A DNA stretch of 64,000 nucleotides, from assembly GCA_022605425.2 (NCBI GenBank), contig JAKIMF020000011.1, forward strand, positions 434,001 through 498,000. Direction: 5' to 3'. Positions 56,045 through 64,000 of this stretch are shown piece by piece. The stretch comes from Hamiltosporidium tvaerminnensis FI-OER-3-3 (lineage: Eukaryota; Fungi; Microsporidia). Position numbers and translations under genes: made by a program. Every line of letters starts with the position of its first letter. Positions within the stretch are counted from its first letter, which is position 1. The notes under the pieces are model-generated. The model made no database searches, was not told the origin of the DNA, and worked only from the letters and a program-made list of their open reading frames with translations.

Positions 56045-57663
56045 ATTACAGAGCATTGTTTATGCTAGAAAATAATACCAATGAAAAAGAAAATTTTGAT
56101 TTAGATTTATCACTACCAAAATTAAAAAGGGAAAATATGAATGAATACAATACATTTTTCGCGTCTATAAGTCAGAGTATAGATGTTGTTACAGCTAACA
56201 TATTAACTAATTATAATCGACAAGTATATCATAGAAATTACTTTGCATGTTATCTCATTCCGTTAATTCATTTTAATATTGTAAAATCTAAATATACGGT
56301 GGATAAAGAACATCTTGAATGCTTAATTGTATTTTTAGAAATTATGTATTTTTTTAAATATAAAGAATATTTTGGGATTATAAACACAGTCTCAAATGAA
56401 AACTATTTTAGAACAAGTATACATTTTTTTATGGAGGTTAGTCACTTATCAGAAATGATTTTTAATTTATATTTACATTCTGATTTACGGCAAAGAACTT
56501 GCTTCTTTTTGCACTTTAAAGAAAATATAGAAGATTTTAAAAATAGTGATTTGACTGCTTTTGATACAATAGATAAATTTATCATTTTGATGACAAAAAT
56601 TTGTGAGAAAATAGGTCTAGTTTCTACAAATTGGTCATCGATATTTGATCGTGATGTCGAAATAATAGTTTGTAGAATTTTTTCTTTGGTTTTTAATGTC
56701 GTAATCTCTAAGGATTTTGATGCTATTTCGTTTGATGAAAAGTTTTGCACAAAAGTTATTGAAGACTCTGATAAGATTAATGATGTAATCATTTCATATA
56801 GAAAGTTGGATTTAACTCGCTCTTTCAATGATTATTTAGCACATATTTCTAAGATTAGCTACGATAGACTAATGGCTGGATTCATAAATCTTCATCCCCG
56901 AATAATACTGAATAAACACCAGCATATTGTGGGAATTAACATAAGAGAAATGAAAACGGAAAAAGCAATAAATATTGCAGATACATTGAAAAATTTTAGG
57001 GATGTAATAAATCAACCTATGCATGTCTGTAAAAATCCAATATATGAAAAGTTTGATCTAGATATAATAGAAATAATATGTCAATCAATATATGTTAATT
57101 GTCATTTGTTGTTTTGTGAAATAGAATATGCTCGTGTTTTTGGTTTTTGTATCAATAAATACAAACGCCTGGGATATCATTATATGAAATATAGCAATGG
57201 AGACCAACATACTCTTACATATAATTCAACTATGGTATTATGTGTAGAATACTGCATATATGCTGAAATTCGGAATATAAATATTTTTGAATCTGATTGT
57301 CTAATGTTTGACAATATTGACTTACTTCGCAATTTAATTATTGATACAATGAATCAAAATAGTAACCAAGTTACAAAACTTTCGCCCGAAAATTTTTTTC
57401 CTGCGTTCGTTACAAGAAATTTCTTATTTTTTCATTATTATTCTAACTGTGAATTAATTTTTCAGTTTTGTATCGAAGATACTTCGTCCAGAATATTCAT
57501 AGAACGCGGTCATTTTTTTCGTGTAAACACGATTATTATAGGATATTTGTTGAGCTTTTGTCAGAAAGAAATTTTTTCAGAAGAATTTTTCCGCAAAAAT
57601 GTACAAGTAATATTAGAAATAGATAATCGTATAAGATCTGCAAATCTTTCTCAGAGAGGATAG
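56023..57663 (+). CDS. Hypothetical protein, 546 aa, short hydrophobic N-terminus (possibly secreted)
   Basis: Long uninterrupted ORF in very AT-rich DNA. No domain recognised. Confidence 0.85.
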   Translation: MILFFLYYYRALFMLENNTNEKENFDLDLSLPKLKRENMNEYNTFFASISQSIDVVTANILTNYNRQVYHRNYFACYLIPLIHFNIVKSKYTVDKEHLECLIVFLEIMYFFKYKEYFGIINTVSNENYFRTSIHFFMEVSHLSEMIFNLYLHSDLRQRTCFFLHFKENIEDFKNSDLTAFDTIDKFIILMTKICEKIGLVSTNWSSIFDRDVEIIVCRIFSLVFNVVISKDFDAISFDEKFCTKVIEDSDKINDVIISYRKLDLTRSFNDYLAHISKISYDRLMAGFINLHPRIILNKHQHIVGINIREMKTEKAINIADTLKNFRDVINQPMHVCKNPIYEKFDLDIIEIICQSIYVNCHLLFCEIEYARVFGFCINKYKRLGYHYMKYSNGDQHTLTYNSTMVLCVEYCIYAEIRNINIFESDCLMFDNIDLLRNLIIDTMNQNSNQVTKLSPENFFPAFVTRNFLFFHYYSNCELIFQFCIEDTSSRIFIERGHFFRVNTIIIGYLLSFCQKEIFSEEFFRKNVQVILEIDNRIRSANLSQRG

Positions 57664-58199
57664 CAGTAAGTAGAATTATTGGGTTATTGAATCAATAAAT
57701 TATGCCATTTTACGTTAAATTTTTTAAAGTATAGCTATAAATTGTTTCCACTTAATTATTTATTTAAAAATTTTTAATTGTCTATTTAATTTTTTGTATA
57801 TATGAAGCTAAATTATTTCTCCTGGAGTTCAAAATTTGTTATTCAAATAAACTTTTTTAAAAATTTAAATTCAATGAATATTTAGTTAAAGAAAAAAAGT
57901 CAATTTTCATCTTTATATCTAAAAATTTATCTATGTGTGAATTATGACTGTCAATGCAGAGGTTATTTCGATATAAAGGTAGATTGACTAAAAAAAATTA
58001 TTATTCGGTTTTTACTTAATTGTATTATTAAAGAAGGCATTTGATCGGTTTTTTACTTTGATCTGTATATTAAAGAATGTTAATATAGTGCGTAGTAGTT
58101 AAAATCCGATTAATAAACAACGCGTGTATAAAAAGATGTTGACATAATAGAGTAGGTTTAATTATTTTATTCTTAAATGTATTTGGTAGGGATTGTTAA

Positions 58200-59210
58200 T
58201 ATAATGTCTATTGAGTAAAAAGGTGTTGTAGACTCGCAATATTTAAGAGGATTTTATTAGAAAGTATAATGTTTTAAACCATAGCTAGTAGTTACAAATC
58301 TAACCAAAGTCGTGTATTTATTATTTACCTTCAATATAACTCTTTTTCTTATTTTTCTATAATTACAGCAAACCTTAAAAAGTGGTATAAAATGCATATT
58401 CGCCATAAAATCTTCATGAATTTGCAAACCAATGAGGCGTAACATGTAATATCTATAAGATTCCGGAATGAACTATATTCCTCGGAGATATTAACCTTCT
58501 ATATGGACGAAAACATTTTGGTTTGAAAAAAGCTTTAGAGGGTGCCATAACCTCATCGATGCATCCAGATAAAAGGCATATTTGATAGGGACAGGCTTTA
58601 TCATTTGGATTTGAGAGTTTGTTAACCCGTGTAACTAAAGAGTTGTTTGGATCAACGAAATATTTATTTAATTTTATATTCCAATTCTTCGTTTTCCTTT
58701 CTTCCACCATAAAGGTTTTAATAAAATATAATTTTATATTTTTTAAGGGAATCTAATATTTCCTAATTATGTAGTAAAATACTACAGAGGACTTGGGGAT
58801 GGACAGCAAGAATCACGAATGGCTGCACATTTATTTATTGGAGCCCTGATTTCCTTTTCTATTAATTTTGTTAAACATGTTAGTTAACCTACGGCTAACA
58901 GTGGTCGATGAACACAATATATATCTCAAATCAGAAATTTATTTAATTTAAGAGAAATTGACTTTTAAAACAAATATGTGAGTTTCACTATAAAATCATA
59001 CATAGGCGAAAAGGTTCGCTAAAAAATTGCAAGGTATTTGGAATAAGAAAATGAAAAGGACAATTTTAAAAAATGTATCTCATTTCAACTCAACTTTTGT
59101 TAGATTTAATCTACTAAAGACGAAGTTATGCAAAACTTTTTTTGCCAAAATTCACTTGAATTGTAAAAAAGCGTCAGTGGTGTAGTGGAAGTTCGTATTG
59201 GCTGCTATCA
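58200..59210 (-). mobile_element. Decayed piggyBac-like transposase remnant
   Basis: Ordered remnants SEFWQK, K*DTFFKIVLF, CIDEVMAPSKAFFKPKCFRP and LWLD..TSYGL resemble piggyBac DYWS, RDRF..I, IDE.M.PF.G....Y.P and Y.DN.YTS..L. No TIRs found. Confidence 0.45.
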
Positions 59211-60746
59211 ACAAGAGTTAGTGCCTTCAATTTCCAAATTAAAAATGGAATCCAAGCAAAGAACAGCATATAAGTCTATCGATACGATGAAACAAGAATA
59301 ATTCGTTTTTTACTCAACATAATTTCTGAATTTTAGGTAGTTAATTGTGTGTTATACAACAAATCAGTGCGCTTATCATTATTTTTGAAACATCGATCTA
59401 CTTATTTCTGTAAAGGCGCTAGACTTTCGGCAAAAAAAACTTATGGAAATGCCACGAAGCTATTCTTTTAAAGAGGATTTTAATAGTGGCGATGTGGACT
59501 ACTAAGATTTTCAATAAAACATACTTTTATAATATTTCATTTAAAATTGTACAGTTTTCTGTGCGATTCGCTTTTGAAAATAAGAAAAAACAAAACACAA
59601 ATACTATTACTACAAATATGGAAAGTAAATTTGCGAAATCCGTCCTTCATAGTGAATATTATTCCGGTTGCGATGCGCTAAGCAAAAAGTTTCCAAAATA
59701 TTTAATACACATTGGACAAACAAGAAAATTGTATATCCGAAAGTTTTCGAATAAATAAATACTATTAGATTAGTATGGGATGGGTTTTGATTATATTTTC
59801 CGTGTCTAATGATTTCTTTTTTTTTGCTATCCTAAAAATTCTCGGTCTATATGCTAGTAATATATATTTTTTTTAATTAAAACCATATAAGCAAAGTCAA
59901 AAAATGTTTAAAGCCGAGTTTTAGTCTCTCATAGATTCAAAAATTAATAAGAAACACATTTACAATTCAATAAACGCTTATTATAAAGAAATGACACAGT
60001 TTTGAGCCTCATTATTTTTAATTTAGCCATCTGGTTATTTCTTATACACTTTTTTAATTTAATATCACTCTAAATTTTTATATTCATCTTCATCTTCATA
60101 TTCATACTTTTATTTTTTATTTTTTTACTGTTCGCCTTATCAATCATACAATATTTCAATTCTTCAGTATGTTTCATTATCTATACGAATTTCAAAAAAG
60201 CTTTTAGCCCAAGTTTATTTTAACTTCTAAAAAAAGTCTTGAGGATAGTAACTCATACACTACCACCGTCTCCAAATATTTATTCAGCAGTATTATTAAA
60301 CTTTTTGGATACATTTTAAAACTTATATACAGGCGTTCAAAAAAATATAAATGTATTTTATTAAATTCTAAAAGGGAAATATTCAAATTAATTAAAGAAT
60401 TTTACAATGATTATCAAGCTTCACAATTCCATCATGTTCATAAATATGCACCAGTGTTTATTTCGGCTTTCATCAATATCTCATAGTGTTGAAAAAATAT
60501 TTTTTAAAATGAAATACACGAACAAAATTTCAGATACAAATTAACAGATAAGCTTTTCAAGTCAGTAATTTCTACTGGTAAAGTTAAATTACATTTTTAA
60601 CAAATAATTAGTGACTAATCTCAACTATATAGATCTTCTTAATATTAAATTCAAGACATAATTTACATTATTTCGATTGGAATTTCTATGATAAAAAAAA
60701 TATGATTGCTGCTTAAATAAATTTTCTTTGAATTACGTATTTTTTA

Positions 60747-61468
60747 TAATTTTATTTAAATGTATCACATCTTTTTAAAACATCGGCAAGTGTTATAGTT
60801 GTTTTCATGACATTAACGCAGTTCTAGGTTTAACATAAATAACTACTGCCCCAACACTCCATCAGTACCGCCTGCGATACCTACTTCCCAAAGCCTTTCA
60901 TTTACCAGACGTTTAGAACCTAATTACTAGGCGTGGCAGTTGCCCGGAGTTCGTTAATGTCCGTTGCATGGAGTATGATCGAAGGCAAAGTCGCCATTTG
61001 GGCTCCCCTAAGGCTATGCAGCATTCCCACTTATTCTACACTTTCTGAACCAAATAAACTTCTAGCTAAGATATATTTCAGAGATTTACATGGGGTCCAC
61101 CTAGACAGGCAATGTCATGCTTAAGGTATAACCTGCTACTTAGGTCTCATGGCTTTTAATGGTTTTTAATCTTCTTTGTTAAGTCTTCCAACCTGAGTGA
61201 GAAAGGCTAGTTTTTATGCTTTTACATGGTAATTTCCTACATGTTCAGTCGCGGTCTGCAATCTAATTGCATAAAAACTATAAAATATATTTGTAGAAAA
61301 AATTTCGCTATTTTAAAGACCTCTCCTCTTCATATAAACAGTAATGGAACAGCTAACATTGTAGCGTGATTTTATTCCCACAAAAAATCCAAACAATGAT
61401 CTTCACAGGAGTTTCACACACTCATTGCCAAACAGAAAGTTTTTTTTGTAGTTACCCATACTCCACCA
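60747..61468 (-). mobile_element. Family A retroposon copy, ~90 bp upstream of the UPF2-like ATG
   Basis: Full-length homology to the 17.0 and 34.1 kb copies. TSD not resolved. Confidence 0.85.
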
Positions 61469-61558
61469 TTGATGTAAAATAATATAATATTTTTCTAAAA
61501 AATCCTGGTAAAATTTTATAATAAAAATTCTTTTCAAAAAATATTAGTCAACCCATTT

Positions 61559-64000
61559 ATGAACTATAAAAATGAAAGAATCAAAATAATTAATTTAAAA
61601 ACAGAATTTCCTACAAAAAACTCTCCATTAAAACGAAAAATTTCCTTAATAAACAGAATAAAGACTTTAACACAAGACAATACAATTAAAGATGATATCG
61701 TAGAAGAACAAATGGGTAAATTTCTCAGTGAAATAACAACCGCTTTACTATCCAACAATATAAAGACATTTCAAGATATTTTTGCAATAATTGAAGTTCT
61801 CAAACATTTTTTAAATCAATATTTATCCACCAATCAAAATCTTTTAAACGATTTTTTTAACAGTTTATACCAAGTATTGGCAGATAAAGATAATAAGGAT
61901 TGTCTTATACAGCCATCAAAAGATACGTTTAATTTTATTTTATATTTAGAAATCAATTTTTGTGAAATTTATGATAAAAATTTTATAAAATTTGTTGAAA
62001 AATACTTTGAAAATACAAATCTAAATATTTTTTTATATTTAATTTATTATATTTCAATACAACTGAACGACAAAGATTTTTTCAAATTAGAAAATGAAAA
62101 AAATAAAATTTTAAAAAATTTTATCATAAAAAAACTTGAATCAGTTAATATTTCAGATATAAAAAATTGTCTAGAAAAGTCTAAATGGTACAAAGAATCT
62201 TTGTTGAATCTTGGTTGTGTCAGTACAGAGACAATGTCTGCTATTGAAAAAGAAACGGTTCCATTTCATAATGATTTTCTATTTTATTTTAAAAAATATG
62301 AAAAACGAAATATTGAAAGTAATACTCAAGAAATTATGTATAAATGTTTACAAAAAAAAGAAAAATTATTAGAATTTTTTGAAAAATATTTAAACAGTCA
62401 GATTGAGAGCGTTGTTGGTGGAAAAGAAAAGACATTTAAAATTGAAGAGAATTTAAAGATGCGATTAGAAGATGAAACGGTATTACCACAAATAGAAATG
62501 CTTAGAATATCAGATAATTTAATTACTTTACTTTTGAGTATAAGAAATTTACAGATTGAAAATATTTTATTTTCTATTTTTATTAAATTAGGAAAAATAG
62601 AATGTTTTGCTACAATTTTGGCCAGAAGTATCTCATTTTTACCTTTTTTTGAACCGATCAAAGAAAAAATGTTTTCTGTTTTAGAATCAAAAAACTTTTT
62701 ATCTAAAAATATTGCAATAAAATATTTAAGTGAGTTTTACATGTTAAACTGTATAAATTCAAATGAACTTTTAAAAACTTACGAATATTTATCTGATTCA
62801 GGTAATATTGTATTGGTACTTGATTCTTTAAAAAGAATAAATAAATTTATATTTGCTTGTAGAGAAGAAGAAAGTAAAATAATTTTTGAAAAAATACAAA
62901 ATATTAAAAATTATAGTTCTGGATATCAAAAAGCAGTTATTAATGATGGGTTGGCAGATATTTTTTCTAAGAATTATTCTGTTCAAACAAATATAAATGA
63001 ATTTATTATTTTTATTTTTAATGAAATTAATTTTGAACAAATCGTAAGTCTTTTTGGTATTTCTTTTGGTAGAAATAAAAATAATAATCAACGAAGAAAT
63101 GAAAAAAGATTTAAAGATTTAAAAAGTGAATTAAATAAAACAAAGAACACTTCTAAGAATGATTTAAGTGAATTAAAGGATTTAAAAAGTGAATTAAATA
63201 AAACAAAGAACACTTGTAAGAATAATTTAAGTGAATTAAAGGATTTAAAAAGTGAATTGAATAAAACAAAGAATAATTGTAAGAATGAAGTAAATGAATT
63301 AAAGGATTTAAAAAGTGAATTAAATAAAACAAAGAATAATTCTAAGAACAATAGTAAGAACAATGTAAAGGATTTAAATAAAACAAAGACTAGTTATAAT
63401 ATCAATTCTAATAACAACTATAAGAATGATCCAAGTGAATCAATCAATTTGGAAATTGAGTTAAATAACGAATTTAAGAATATTTCGAATTGTAATACAA
63501 TAACTGATATTAAAGATATTTCACTTTCAAATCCTGAATTTTTAAAAAAATGTTTTTTAGAAATTTATAAAATATTTTTAGATTTTCCTTTTCTAATTGT
63601 AATTACTTTAGGAAAAATGTATTATTTTAAAAATATAGATTTATTGGTAGAATTTTGTATTATTTTAAAGATTGGTGAATATATTTTAAAAATATTTTAT
63701 GATTTAACTATTTCTATGTTAAAAACGTTAGAAAAACAAACATTGTTGTGTTATACAGAATTTATATCTAAATTGATGAGTAGATTAGAAGAAGATTTTA
63801 AAAAAAATATAAAATTTGATAAAAATCAGACTAAAAAACCAAAAAATAATTTAAAATTACAAAATGTAAATTTAGAAGAAAATAATTTAAAATTACAAAA
63901 TGTAAATCAAAATATAAATTTTGAAGAAAATAATTTAAAATTACAAAAATATTTTAAAGATTTAAAAAATATAAATTTTGAAGAAAATAATTTAAAATTA
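61559..64000 (+). CDS. UPF2: UPF2/NMD2-like nonsense-mediated decay factor (MIF4G domains), truncated by the window end
   Basis: Frame from ATG 61559 (AACCCATTT-ATG) is open wherever I translated it, up to the window end. SPLKRKISLINRIKTL..GKFLSEITTALL..DIFAIIEVLKHFLNQY resembles UPF2 MIF4G-1. IKYLSEFYML..LKRINKFIF..ESK resembles MIF4G-2. Confidence 0.72.
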   Translation, partial: MNYKNERIKIINLKTEFPTKNSPLKRKISLINRIKTLTQDNTIKDDIVEEQMGKFLSEITTALLSNNIKTFQDIFAIIEVLKHFLNQYLSTNQNLLNDFFNSLYQVLADKDNKDCLIQPSKDTFNFILYLEINFCEIYDKNFIKFVEKYFENTNLNIFLYLIYYISIQLNDKDFFKLENEKNKILKNFIIKKLESVNISDIKNCLEKSKWYKESLLNLGCVSTETMSAIEKETVPFHNDFLFYFKKYEKRNIESNTQEIMYKCLQKKEKLLEFFEKYLNSQIESVVGGKEKTFKIEENLKMRLEDETVLPQIEMLRISDNLITLLLSIRNLQIENILFSIFIKLGKIECFATILARSISFLPFFEPIKEKMFSVLESKNFLSKNIAIKYLSEFYMLNCINSNELLKTYEYLSDSGNIVLVLDSLKRINKFIFACREEESKIIFEKIQNIKNYSSGYQKAVINDGLADIFSKNYSVQTNINEFIIFIFNEINFEQIVSLFGISFGRNKNNNQRRNEKRFKDLKSELNKTKNTSKNDLSELKDLKSELNKTKNTCKNNLSELKDLKSELNKTKNNCKNEVNELKDLKSELNKTKNNSKNNSKNNVKDLNKTKTSYNINSNNNYKNDPSESINLEIELNNEFKNISNCNTITDIKDISLSNPEFLKKCFLEIYKIFLDFPFLIVITLGKMYYFKNIDLLVEFCIILKIGEYILKIFYDLTISMLKTLEKQTLLCYTEFISKLMSRLEEDFKKNIKFDKNQTKKPKNNLKLQNVNLEENNLKLQNVNQNINFEENNLKLQKYFKDLKNINFEENNLKL
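63113..63390 (+). repeat. 63-bp in-frame coding repeat (21 aa, KDLKSELNKTKNTSKNDLSEL) x~4 in the UPF2-like gene
   Basis: GATTTAAAAAGTGAATT recurs every 63 bp. Confidence 0.92.

Noticed and set aside
59171-59240. tRNA-like start GCGTCAGTGGTGTAGTGG
   Set aside because: No 3' acceptor strand and no paired T arm.
61060-61140. Group I intron-like R/S motifs (TTCAGAGA.T, TTAAGGTATA) in family A
   Set aside because: P7 cannot pair, and the S-like motif is not conserved across copies.

Overview
AT-rich eukaryotic DNA, most likely from a large-genome microsporidian (Hamiltosporidium-like). This is an inference from CCC motifs just upstream of ATGs, intronless divergent genes, KGVSN-type coding repeats and an LRR pseudogene. 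About 1-36 kb is a transposon graveyard with no intact gene that I can recognise. The host genes lie in 37-64 kb: SmD2, tRNA-Gln(CTG), an Exo84-like gene broken by indels, a 546-aa hypothetical protein, and a UPF2/NMD2-like ORF that runs off the window end and is missing from the ORF track. Main observations: (1) a full-length but inactivated R4/Dong-type non-LTR retrotransposon with a perfect 14-bp TSD sits 44 bp upstream of the tRNA gene with its 5' end facing it; (2) a ~730-bp non-coding, structured, TSD-flanked retroposon family has about 9 copies; (3) a ~240-bp RTE-derived bipartite SINE has 2 copies; (4) tandem arrays share a GGGGTGTTAA core whose polarity flips near 43.2 kb. All family assignments are by-eye motif recognition, not database searches.
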